Below, one piece after another: positions 9,698-18,135 of a stretch of 64,000 nt of DNA. The notes beneath the pieces were generated by a model. That model was not told the DNA's origin and made no database searches. It saw nothing but the letters and a program-made list of their open reading frames with translations. The position numbers and the translations under genes were made by a program. This DNA is from Armatimonadota bacterium (GTDB lineage Bacteria > Armatimonadota > SYMT01): the NCBI GenBank assembly GCA_041690135.1, contig JAWLHY010000007.1:288001-352000 (forward strand), read 5' to 3'. Each line of letters begins with the position of its first letter. Position 1 is the first letter of the stretch.

Positions 9698-12600
9698 TTA
9701 CGCCTGCGCGTCCCCAAAGCTGTCCGCTCCATGGAGCATGGCCTCCAGGCCGGCCGGGTCGATGGGTTTGACTAGGTGCTCGTCGAAGCCGGCCGCGGCG
9801 GAGTGCTCCCGGTCTTCCTGGCGCCCGTAGCCCGTCACGGCGATCAAACGGATAGAGGCCATTTCCGGATCGGCACGCAGGCGTCGTGCCACTTCGTATC
9901 CGTCCATCTCCGGCAGGCCGATGTCGCACAGCACGGTATCGGGACGGAACTCCCGCGCCAGCCGGAGACCGGTCTCCCCGTTCATGGCGACGGCCACTTC
10001 GTGACCGGTGAGTTCGAGGAGATCGCGGAGCGTTTCGGCGGCGTCGGGATTGTCCTCGATGACCAGCACCCGCAGCGACCCTCCGGCGGCCTCCGTTCCG
10101 GGCCCAGCGTGATCGGCGGACACTTCACTTTCCGCGAGAGGCAAGTAAACGCGGAACTCGGAGCCCTGGTCGCGACCGCCGCTCCGCACGTCCACGCGAC
10201 CCCCATGCAGTTCGACCAGTCCTTTCACCAGGGCCAGGCCGAGACCCAACCCACCCCGACTTCGGTCAAGACTGCGGTCTTCCTGCGCAAAGGGATCAAA
10301 GATTCGTGAAAGGAGCGCCTGGGGGATACCAATGCCGGTATCGGTGATCGAAAGCACCGCCCAACCCGCACCGGAGCCTTCTTGCTCCGGTGCCTCGCCA
10401 GGCGCAACCGCGGTAACGCCTGCTTGCAGGCGGGCGATCACCCGCCCGCCCGCCGGGGTGTACTTCTGGGAGTTGTGCAGGAGGTTGCTGATCACCTGGT
10501 GCAGGCGCGTCCGGTCTCCCACCACCATCACAGGATCGTCCGGCAAGGAGGTTTCGAGCGTGAGCCCCGCTTCCGCCAGGGCGGGGCGCTGGTCTTCCAG
10601 AGCCTCACGCAGGAGCCCGGAAAGATCGATGCGGGTCTGCTGCAGGTCGACCTTTCCCCGTTGGATCCGCGAGACGTCGAGCAGGTCGTCCACCATCCGC
10701 TGTTGATGGGTGAACTGGCGGCGCAGTACCGCGCGAGCGCGCGCAGCCTGCGGGCTGTCGGGGTCGGAGCGTTCCAGGAGGTAAAGCGCGTTGGACGCGG
10801 ACCCCAGCGGGTTGCGGAGCTCGTGCGCCAACATCGCCAGGAACTGGTCCTTCTGGTGTCCGGCCTCCGCCAGTTCGGCGACATACCGATGAAGCCGCTC
10901 CTCGGTATGCTTGCGGTCGATGAACTGCGCGATCCCGTCGGCCACTGCCCCGAGCTCTTGCAGGGTCGCCTCGGGAATGGGGGAACGGGAGAACATCGCC
11001 ATCACGCCGACCACGCGCTCCTCGACCAGGAGTGGAAAGCCGGCAAAGGCCACCATCCTTTCGCGTTGCACCCATTCCGGATCGCTGATCATCGGGTCGT
11101 GGGCAATGTCGTTGACCAGATGCGGACGGCGGTCGCCGGCGATCCGGCCGATTTTGTATTCGCCCATGCGGATCCGGCTGTGAGGTCCATTGAGATGGGT
11201 GTAAAGGCCGGCGCTGGCCTGCAATTCCAGCAGTTGTGCTTCCTCGTTCAGCGTCCAGATACGGGCAAAGGCCACGTCGAGGTGCCGGACCAGGGCCTCC
11301 GTGCATTCTTGCAGCACCACGCGCTGGTCGGCGTCGCGGGCAAGCACGCCACTGATATCCATCCCGAGTGCACCCAGGCGTGCCCGTTCGGCCAGGTGAG
11401 TCTCGGCCCGACGGCGCTCCCGGACTTCCTCCTCGAGTGCCTGGAAGTGCTGCCGCAGGGCGTGGAGCATGCCCTGGAAGTTAGTCACCAGGAGGGAGAC
11501 TTCGTTGATCCTGCCTTGCGGCCAGGAGACGGCGTGCGGGAGCAGGAGCTGTTCGGGGAGATTGGCGGTCACCTGGGCCAGATGGGAAAGCGGGCGGGCC
11601 AGCCACCGGGAGAGAAGCCAGGCCAACCAGAGCGCCGTGAGCGTGAGGGCCAACGTCAGGGCCAGGCTCTCGGAATATCGCGTCTGGAGGTATCGCTGGT
11701 AAGGCGCCATGGGCACCTCAACCAGTGCGGTCCAGGGAGCGATCCCCGCATCAGTACGGTGCATGTAAAAGGAGCGTTCCCACTGTGTTACGGCGGGAAG
11801 GCCGGCGGCCTGCGGCAACCACTGCTCGACGCCCCCATTCAATGGACGGATCACGCCACCCCGGGACGCCAGGTAGTTCTCCAGCGGCTCGATACCCTCG
11901 ACCGTACTGGCGATCACGCGACCTGCTTCATCCAGCAACGTGATCCGAGTGCCGTCCGCGTCGGCGAGCCGGTTGAGGAGAACCTCCACACGCTCAAGGT
12001 TCGCCGCCCCTAGCGCATAGCCATCGAACCGTCCGCGACGCAGAATAGGGACGGCTATGGTCACAATGGGCGCTTCCACGCCGCCGCGTCCCAGCAGCAC
12101 CCCCGAAATGACGGGACGCAGTGTTTCTCGCACGCGGCGGTAGTACTCGCGGTCGGAAAAATTGAGTCCCAGCGTGCTCCGGCCATTGGCTGCCGTGGGG
12201 GGATCGAAGGCGACCGTAGTTCCGGAAGCGTCCGCCACGTAGAGGTTGTAAAAGCTTGGAAAGGCCTGGTGCACCGCCGTGACTGCGCGCTGGAGTGCCC
12301 CCGGCGAAGGTGCGGGTTCGCTGCCGGCGAAGCGCGCCACGGATTCCACCGCCCCAAGATGACGCAGGCGCCAGGACTCCAGTCTTCCGGTCACGTCCGT
12401 GGAAGATACGGCCAGCTTCTCACGGACGTACCTCTCGATGATCCGCATTTCGTGGCGTCCGCTGGCCACCAGCAGAATCAACGAGGGGACCAGAACCGCG
12501 GCGACCAGAGTATTGAAGAGAACCTGACGAAGCGGTATGACGGTCTCTTCCGTTCTTCCGGCCCACCGGGGAAGGGGGGTGTGGGTGAGCAGCAGGCTCG

Positions 12601-13039
12601 CGATGAGCGCGTTGAGGATTCCGTTCACGCTCTGCTTCAGCATCACGACGATCACGGCTTCCCGGGGTGCGCCCATCAGGCCCCGATAGAAGAGCCAGAC
12701 CAGGGGCATGCCCAACGCCAGCCAGTAGAGTCCGTCAATCAGGACCAGGTTGGTCCTCCGGCGGCGGTGGACGATTCCGACCACGAGGGCTTCCGCGGTA
12801 AAGATTGCGATGGCCCAGGGGTGACTCCACAGAAAGTACGTGTAGATTCCCGCGAGCACGGCCGCCGTGGCTCCCCAGACCAGGCCGTACAGGCTGGTGA
12901 CCAGCAGCACGGCGATGCTGCCGAACAGGAAGTCCACTCCGAAGAAAATCGGTGTACTGAGAAGGTTCCCCACTACTCCCAGGAGGAGCAGGATGCCGAG
13001 CGTGATCGCAGGGTGCGAGCGGGCGTTGGCAATTGGCAT
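9698..13039 (-). CDS. Hybrid sensor histidine kinase (multi-TM N-terminus, dCache, GAF, HisKA, HATPase, REC)
   Basis: FSDREYY Cache motif, LAHELRNPL H-box, NLLHNSQKYT, DTGIG, GLGLGL, receiver CDIGLPEMDG...KP. Confidence 0.93.
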   Translation of the reverse strand: MPIANARSHPAITLGILLLLGVVGNLLSTPIFFGVDFLFGSIAVLLVTSLYGLVWGATAAVLAGIYTYFLWSHPWAIAIFTAEALVVGIVHRRRRTNLVLIDGLYWLALGMPLVWLFYRGLMGAPREAVIVVMLKQSVNGILNALIASLLLTHTPLPRWAGRTEETVIPLRQVLFNTLVAAVLVPSLILLVASGRHEMRIIERYVREKLAVSSTDVTGRLESWRLRHLGAVESVARFAGSEPAPSPGALQRAVTAVHQAFPSFYNLYVADASGTTVAFDPPTAANGRSTLGLNFSDREYYRRVRETLRPVISGVLLGRGGVEAPIVTIAVPILRRGRFDGYALGAANLERVEVLLNRLADADGTRITLLDEAGRVIASTVEGIEPLENYLASRGGVIRPLNGGVEQWLPQAAGLPAVTQWERSFYMHRTDAGIAPWTALVEVPMAPYQRYLQTRYSESLALTLALTLTALWLAWLLSRWLARPLSHLAQVTANLPEQLLLPHAVSWPQGRINEVSLLVTNFQGMLHALRQHFQALEEEVRERRRAETHLAERARLGALGMDISGVLARDADQRVVLQECTEALVRHLDVAFARIWTLNEEAQLLELQASAGLYTHLNGPHSRIRMGEYKIGRIAGDRRPHLVNDIAHDPMISDPEWVQRERMVAFAGFPLLVEERVVGVMAMFSRSPIPEATLQELGAVADGIAQFIDRKHTEERLHRYVAELAEAGHQKDQFLAMLAHELRNPLGSASNALYLLERSDPDSPQAARARAVLRRQFTHQQRMVDDLLDVSRIQRGKVDLQQTRIDLSGLLREALEDQRPALAEAGLTLETSLPDDPVMVVGDRTRLHQVISNLLHNSQKYTPAGGRVIARLQAGVTAVAPGEAPEQEGSGAGWAVLSITDTGIGIPQALLSRIFDPFAQEDRSLDRSRGGLGLGLALVKGLVELHGGRVDVRSGGRDQGSEFRVYLPLAESEVSADHAGPGTEAAGGSLRVLVIEDNPDAAETLRDLLELTGHEVAVAMNGETGLRLAREFRPDTVLCDIGLPEMDGYEVARRLRADPEMASIRLIAVTGYGRQEDREHSAAAGFDEHLVKPIDPAGLEAMLHGADSFGDAQA

Positions 13040-13186
13040 GGGGATCGCTTCAGGGGCGGCAGATGGTGAGCAGCGGTTTGTGGAGGATCTGATCCGCAAT
13101 TCGGCTACTAATAGATACGGCGACTCTGCGAAATTGCCCATACGGGTGTGAAATTCGGTATTCGGCCGGCAAAAGGATGGTGACCG

Positions 13187-14572
13187 ATGACAGGCGGCAA
13201 TCTCCCTGGCAGGCGGGGATCCACGTTAGGGTTTCTCCTCTGCGTTTGGCTGGCAGCGGTGGCGTACCTTGCCAGCAGGACGCCCGTCTCCGCCGCGCCC
13301 GCGCGACCGAATGTCCTCTTTCTCTTTACCGATGATCAGCGCGCGGATACGATCGGCGCGCTGGGCAACCCGGTCATTCGCACTCCCAACCTCGACTCCC
13401 TCGTGCGTTCCGGATTCACGTTCACCAACGCCTACTGCCTGGGTGCCAACGTGGGTGCGGTGTGCACCCCCAGCCGGAACATGCTTCTCAGCGGGAAAAC
13501 CTACTTCCGCTGGACCGGTAACCTGGCTCCCGCGGAGGGTCTCAACTTCCCCGTCTCCATGCAAAAGGCCGGGTACGAGACCTATCACCATGGCAAGCGG
13601 GGGAACACGGCCCTGCGCATCCAGGCGAAGTTCGAGCACAACTACTACCTGCGGAACGACATGGCGGAGCGGAACAGCGGTGAGCCGGGAAAGGAGATCG
13701 TGGACGCGGCGATCCGGTTCCTGGGCGAACGGAAGGGGGAACGGCCCTTCTTCATGTACCTGGCGTTCGGCAACCCGCATGATCCACGGGTAGCGACGCG
13801 GAAGTACCTGGACCTCTACGATCCCGCGAAGATCCCCCTGCCCCGTAACTACCGCCCACTCCATCCCTTCAACAATGGCGAAATGACCGTGCGCGATGAA
13901 AAGCTGGCACCCTGGCCGCGCACGGAAGCGGAGGTCCGGCGCCATCTCCACGAGTACTACGCCGTGACGACGGCGCTCGATGGGCATATCGGACGGCTTC
14001 TACAAACTCTGAAGGACCGCGGCCAGTACGACAACACGCTGATCGTCTTTTCCTCCGATCACGGTTTGGCTATCGGCAGTCACGGCCTGATGGGCAAGCA
14101 GAACCTCTACGAGCACAGCATGAAGGCGCCACTCGTTTTCAGCGGTCCCGGAATCCGGCGGGGGAAATCGGCAGCGCTGGCCTATCTGCTGGACATCTAT
14201 CCGACCGTATCGGAGTTGGTGGGAGCCGAGACGCCGGCGGACCTCGATGGGAAGAGCCTGAAGCCCGCCCTGGACAACCCGCGCGAACAGGTGCGAGGCG
14301 CCGTTTTCCTCGCCTATCGGGACATCCAGCGCGCCGTCCGCGACGACCGGTGGAAACTCATCCGCTACCCCCAGGTGAACGTGACGCAGCTCTTCGACCT
14401 CCGCAACGACCCGGACGAGCTCCGCGACCTCTCCGACGACCCCCAGCACCGCCGGCACCGGGAGCGGCTGCTGCGGCGGCTTTCCATGGAGCAGCGCCGC
14501 TATGGGGACACAGCTCTTCTCACCGTCCCCAACCCCCAACCCCAGACCTTCGTCCCACCCCCAACTGACTAA
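13187..14572 (+). CDS. Sulfatase (formylglycine-dependent, choline-sulfatase-like)
   Basis: [33 protein letters not shown]; N-terminal signal. Confidence 0.92.
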   Translation: MTGGNLPGRRGSTLGFLLCVWLAAVAYLASRTPVSAAPARPNVLFLFTDDQRADTIGALGNPVIRTPNLDSLVRSGFTFTNAYCLGANVGAVCTPSRNMLLSGKTYFRWTGNLAPAEGLNFPVSMQKAGYETYHHGKRGNTALRIQAKFEHNYYLRNDMAERNSGEPGKEIVDAAIRFLGERKGERPFFMYLAFGNPHDPRVATRKYLDLYDPAKIPLPRNYRPLHPFNNGEMTVRDEKLAPWPRTEAEVRRHLHEYYAVTTALDGHIGRLLQTLKDRGQYDNTLIVFSSDHGLAIGSHGLMGKQNLYEHSMKAPLVFSGPGIRRGKSAALAYLLDIYPTVSELVGAETPADLDGKSLKPALDNPREQVRGAVFLAYRDIQRAVRDDRWKLIRYPQVNVTQLFDLRNDPDELRDLSDDPQHRRHRERLLRRLSMEQRRYGDTALLTVPNPQPQTFVPPPTD

Positions 14573-14582
14573 ACAGGGGTTG

Positions 14583-14709
14583 GGAAGGAACAGGATGGAC
14601 AGGATGAGCAGGATGGACAAAGTGCGAAAATGGCTGTTGGGTTAGACGCACGCGAGGACCAACCGCCAAATCCACTCATCCTACCGATCCTGCCCATCCT
14701 GTTCCTTCC
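14583..14709. repeat. Inverted pair of 9-nt tandem repeats (CAGGATGGA) between convergent genes; possible bidirectional terminator
   Basis: ggaaggaacaggatgg (14583-14598) is the exact reverse complement of ccatcctgttccttcc (14694-14709); three units per arm. Confidence 0.85.
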
Positions 14710-14733
14710 GATCGCTCTCATCCCAATTTGTGA

Positions 14734-15462
14734 CTAAGCCTTGCGTCCCGGAGCCAGCGCGGCGGCCGCCGTGGTCATGACCTCCGTCGGCACGGCGATC
14801 ACCACGGTGTTGCCCAGCCCGTCGCCGACCTGCGTCAGCGCCTCGATCTCCCGCAGGCGGACCAGCATCGGGTTCTCCTGCAGCATCCGCGCCGTGTTGG
14901 CCCGCGCCCGGGTGGCCGCCACTTCCTCCCGCGCCGCGACCAGGGCCGCCCGCCCCGTCCGCTGCGCTTCCAGCTCCTGCGACAGCATCTTCTTCACCTC
15001 GCCCGGCAGGATGATGTCCTTCACCCCCACGCGCAGCAACTCGAGGCCCAGGTCCGTGGCGGCCGCGCGACCCGGTTCCAGCAGTTCCGTGGAAAGCGCC
15101 CCGCGCCCCGCAAGGAGTTCATCCAGCGACCGCGTCTGCACCGCCTCCCGCAGGGAGAGCTGGATCGCCGTGTACAACGAGATTTGGTAGTTTTCCACCG
15201 TGTGGAGCGCGGTAACGGCATCGACCACGCGGTACTCGGCCGCCACGTTCAGCCGCACGGAGATGCCGTCCGCGGTCAGCATTTCCTGGCCGTTGATCGT
15301 CATCTCCGTCCGCCGGGTGTCGACGCGGACGATCTCCTGCTTCAACCACGGCAGGTGCAGCAGGCGGTGGCGCCCCGGCTCCACGGCGCCCAGGAACTGT
15401 CCGTTGCTATAGAGAAGGCCCACTTCCGTCTCGCGTACCGTTTCGTGATCGATCCACAACAT
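14734..15462 (-). CDS. SPFH/Band-7 (slipin/stomatin-like) protein
   Basis: VDTRR...QEMLTADGISVRLN, GVKDIILPGE, AREEVAATRARANTAR, LVRLREIEAL; AGGAGG RBS before the ATG at 15462. Confidence 0.9.
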   Translation of the reverse strand: MLWIDHETVRETEVGLLYSNGQFLGAVEPGRHRLLHLPWLKQEIVRVDTRRTEMTINGQEMLTADGISVRLNVAAEYRVVDAVTALHTVENYQISLYTAIQLSLREAVQTRSLDELLAGRGALSTELLEPGRAAATDLGLELLRVGVKDIILPGEVKKMLSQELEAQRTGRAALVAAREEVAATRARANTARMLQENPMLVRLREIEALTQVGDGLGNTVVIAVPTEVMTTAAAALAPGRKA

Positions 15463-15484
15463 CCTCGACCTCCTACAAACGTTC

Positions 15485-15648
15485 AAAAAAGCACAGCCGG
15501 CCGGCCGCCGGTCGCCACCGGCGGGGGCGCGGTTGACGCCGGAAGCGTTCCGGCCCGTAGGCCGGTTCGGATCCGGCGGGTATCCCCGCACCCGCAAAGC
15601 CGGTTTCGACACCGTCACCAGGACGGCTCACGGCCGGCCGCACTGCGC
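15485..15648 (-). ncRNA. Candidate structured RNA closed by a ~17-bp 5'/3' stem and ending in U6
   Basis: 5' GCGCAGU-G-CGGCCGGCCG pairs with 3' CGGCCGGCCG-GCUGUGC, followed by UUUUUU. Internal hairpins CCGUC/GACGG, GCGGGU/ACCCGC, CCGGC/GCCGG, CCGCCGG/CCGGCGG. High GC inflates chance pairing. Confidence 0.5.
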
Positions 15649-15702
15649 TCGCACAGGATTCGAACCTGCATTTGCCCAGATACCGGTTAACAGCCGGTTG
15701 GC
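15645..15702 (-). pseudogene. Partial tRNA-Asn(GUU)-like element (anticodon arm and T arm, no recognisable D arm)
   Basis: ACCGG-CTGTTAA-CCGGT anticodon arm (15682-15698) and GCAGG-TTCGAAT-CCTGT T arm (15653-15669); 5' part non-canonical. Confidence 0.7.
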
Positions 15703-15769
15703 ATGTGCCGGCCCGATGCGCGGAACGTCCTTCGGCACAGCCCCGGACGCCGCTTGGGTGCGCGGCACA

Positions 15770-15841
15770 TCGGCGCGCCTGGAGTCGAACCAGGATCAGT
15801 CCCTTATAAGGGGACCGCTCTAACCCTTGAGCTACGCGCCG
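15770..15841 (-). tRNA. tRNA-Ile, anticodon UAU (no encoded CCA)
   Basis: Full cloverleaf: CGGCGCG TA GCTC AAGGGTTA GAGC G GTCCC CT-TAT-AA GGGAC TGAT CCTGG TTCGACT CCAGG CGCGCCG A. Confidence 0.93.
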
Positions 15842-15850
15842 AAGACATGG

Positions 15851-15897
15851 AAAACAAAACACCCCCGCCGGATCCTGGGGGGACCGGCGGGGGTGTT
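15851..15897 (-). terminator. Intrinsic terminator/attenuator hairpin immediately upstream of tRNA-Ile(UAU)
   Basis: CACCCCCGCCGG...CCGGCGGGGGTG followed by TTTTGTTTT on the minus strand. Confidence 0.85.
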
Positions 15898-15927
15898 CGA
15901 AAACTTCCCGGAAAGCTGCTCGTACGC

Positions 15928-16083
15928 CTAAAGCGTGAAGAGCCTCCTCCTACCGGTCCGGATGGCCGCAGGGAATGCTATGCGGCCGCTGTTCCCAAAG
16001 AGGTACGGCCACGCATTCGCCCCCAGATTTCTCGGGGCGCGTATCGCGGCTTCTATTCGCTTGGAGTAGCGGTTCATCAACAT
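15928..16083 (-). CDS. Putative attenuator leader peptide, 51 aa (MLMNRYSKRIEAAIRAPRNLGANAWPYLFGNSGRIAFPAAIRTGRRRLFTL)
   Basis: Lies between promoter and terminator; 3 ATA, CGA, AGA, AGG x3 and 4 Asn codons; weak RBS; below the ORF-track length cutoff. Confidence 0.6.
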   Translation of the reverse strand: MLMNRYSKRIEAAIRAPRNLGANAWPYLFGNSGRIAFPAAIRTGRRRLFTL

Positions 16084-16133
16084 CGTCGTTTGCGGTTGCT
16101 CGGTTCCGTGCTGCCTAACCGGCAGTGATGGGA

Positions 16134-16162
16134 ATGGTAGCCGACAGTCCGGGCGGTGTCAA
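16134..16162 (-). promoter_or_regulatory. sigma70-type promoter for the leader/tRNA/SPFH unit
   Basis: TTGACA-17 nt-TACCAT; a second TTGACACC lies 20 bp further upstream (16175-16182). Confidence 0.75.
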
Positions 16163-16201
16163 CCCCTTTGGCTAGGTGTCAATGGATCTGCCAACGAAGG
16201 T

Positions 16202-16396
16202 GGCACCGGTAGGGTACGTCTCGTACACCCGGCGAAGTTAGGGCCGCAGCGTTCCGTTGTCATGGAGCTGATCCCGTCCTGACCACTCTTAGCTGTCCCG
16301 TGGCCGGAAGGGTCCGGCTTGGCCCCACGAGATCAACATCGGCGCCTGCGGAATGGAACGGCCCTAGCTGCGCCGGGTGTACGTCACATTCCCTAC
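16202..16396. repeat. Inverted doublet of REP-like elements (REPIN-like)
   Basis: 16202-16245 on + and gtagggaatgtgacgtacacccggcgcagctagggcc on - (16360-16396). Confidence 0.8.
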
Positions 16397-16581
16397 TATC
16401 AAGAGTGCACGTGACGCTCCGCGAGCCCGAACCACCTCACCAGAGGTGGATACAAAGCCGTAACGGACCCCCTGATGCACCACATAGCCGACAAATGCGG
16501 GTGACCACAGGGCAGTTGCCATGTGTAGCCGGGGCACCCACTCGTGGGTCGTCACTCGCCCAGCACAGCCCTTGGCAATCC

Positions 16582-17346
16582 CTAATCGGCCGCCCGGTCG
16601 CGGAGTGCCCGCCGCTCCCAGTGCGCCAGGACTACCCGGCCCCCTTCCACTTCCAGGCGGGCGATACCGGCGAAGAAGGCAAAGGCGTAGACCTGCAGGA
16701 TCGGCACGCCGTTCACCACGGCCGGCTCCAGCAGGTCCGTGTGGCTGTGGCCGCCGATGATGAGGTCCAATTCCGGGCAGGCTTCCGCCAGGGCCTGGTC
16801 TTGCCGGAACCCGATGTGCGTGAGCCCCACCAGCACGTCCACCCGCGGGCGCAGGTCCGCTATCTGCTGCCGTGCCGCCTTCAAGGGGTCGTCGAACCAG
16901 TAGTCGCAGAACGGCTGGGACCACTGCTTGCGCGTGAACATGGGGACCGTAACGCCGAAGACACCCACCTGGACGTCTCCTATCGGCAGGACTACGTGGG
17001 GCACGGTCGGCAGGGGAGCTCCACCCTTGGCGGTGACGTTGGCGCAGAGCAACGGAAAGCGGGCACGATCGACCTTAAGCGGGAAGCACTCCCGCCGGGG
17101 ATGCGTTTCCCGATTGCCCAGGCACATCGCTCGGCAACCGAGATCGGACAGCGTCTCCAATGCCGGTTCGCCACCGATCCGAAAGCCCAGGTTGCCCGCC
17201 GAAACGGTATCACCGGCATCCAGGTAAAGCGCACCGGGATGCTCCGCCAACAGCGCGCGCAGCCGCTCGGCCGGGGGCGGTCCGGGCTCCTTCCACTGCG
17301 CTCCAAAGCGCCCGTGGCTATCGTTGGTATGGATCAGGGTGAGCAT
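16582..17346 (-). CDS. Metallophosphoesterase (5'-nucleotidase N-terminal domain)
   Basis: HTNDSH, DAGD, LGNRE, THIG, GGHSH motifs. Confidence 0.88.
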   Translation of the reverse strand: MLTLIHTNDSHGRFGAQWKEPGPPPAERLRALLAEHPGALYLDAGDTVSAGNLGFRIGGEPALETLSDLGCRAMCLGNRETHPRRECFPLKVDRARFPLLCANVTAKGGAPLPTVPHVVLPIGDVQVGVFGVTVPMFTRKQWSQPFCDYWFDDPLKAARQQIADLRPRVDVLVGLTHIGFRQDQALAEACPELDLIIGGHSHTDLLEPAVVNGVPILQVYAFAFFAGIARLEVEGGRVVLAHWERRALRDRAAD

Positions 17347-17352
17347 GGGAAT

Positions 17353-17554
17353 GGTGTTCAGGTGGGCAGGTGTTCGGGTATTCAGGTGTTCGGTCCCCCC
17401 TGTGGGGGTAAACGTTGGGCATCGGGCCACCCCGCGGGTGGTAAACGTTCAGGCATTGGGCAATCAGGCTTTGGGCCGCTCCAAATACCTTGTGAAAGCC
17501 TGACTGCCGGAAAGTTTGGGAGCTGAACACCCGAACACCGAACACCTGAACACC
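17353..17554. repeat. Inverted arrays of an 8-nt repeat (GGTGTTCR / YGAACACC) filling the kdsC-phosphoesterase spacer
   Basis: 5 units at 17353-17392 and 4 complementary units at 17524-17554. Confidence 0.88.
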
Positions 17555-17556
17555 CT

Positions 17557-18135
17557 TTACTGCCGGGGCGGGGCGCCATGTTCTTGCTCCAGGCGGGCGC
17601 GGAACGCAGCGGCGGCCTCTTCCCAACGCCCCTGTGCCTGGAGCACCGTTTCAACGACTTCCCGAACCGCGCCTCGCCCGCCCGGCAAAGCCGTGATCCA
17701 GTCCGCGGCTTCCTTCACCGTCGCGGAGGCATCCGCCACGGCGACCCGGACTCCGGCGGCCTCGAAGGCCGGCAGATCGTTCAGGTCGTCCCCGATGTAC
17801 AGGACCTCGTCCTGTGTGTAGCCCAGGCGGCCTGCGATCTCCTCCAGGGCGAGGCGCTTGTTCCGCGCCCACTGGCTCACTTCCCGGATCCGCAGTTCCG
17901 CCGCGCGGCGGGCCACGATGGGGGAAACCCGGCCTGTGATCCACGCCACATCCATTCCGAGATCTGGAACCATGCCCAGGGCCAGGCCGTCCCTCACATT
18001 AAAGGACTTCAGCTCTATCAGGTTGCCCGCGGCGTCGGCGCCCCAGGTGATGCTTCCGTCGGTCAGGACGCCGTCAACGTCCATGGCAAATAGCCGGGTG
18101 GATTTCAGTTTTTTTGCAAGCTGAGTGTTCGGCAT
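17557..18135 (-). CDS. kdsC: KDO-8-phosphate phosphatase (HAD IIIA)
   Basis: DVDGVLTDG, FNVRDG, ITGR, IGDDLNDL, GGRGAVRE. Confidence 0.9.
   Translation of the reverse strand: MPNTQLAKKLKSTRLFAMDVDGVLTDGSITWGADAAGNLIELKSFNVRDGLALGMVPDLGMDVAWITGRVSPIVARRAAELRIREVSQWARNKRLALEEIAGRLGYTQDEVLYIGDDLNDLPAFEAAGVRVAVADASATVKEAADWITALPGGRGAVREVVETVLQAQGRWEEAAAAFRARLEQEHGAPPRQ

Noticed and set aside
15600-15643. Hammerhead-like CUGGUGA...GAAAC or group II intron 5' GUGCG on the minus strand
   Set aside because: The core deviates from CUGANGA, stems II and III are not convincing, and no intron domain V/VI or RT is present.
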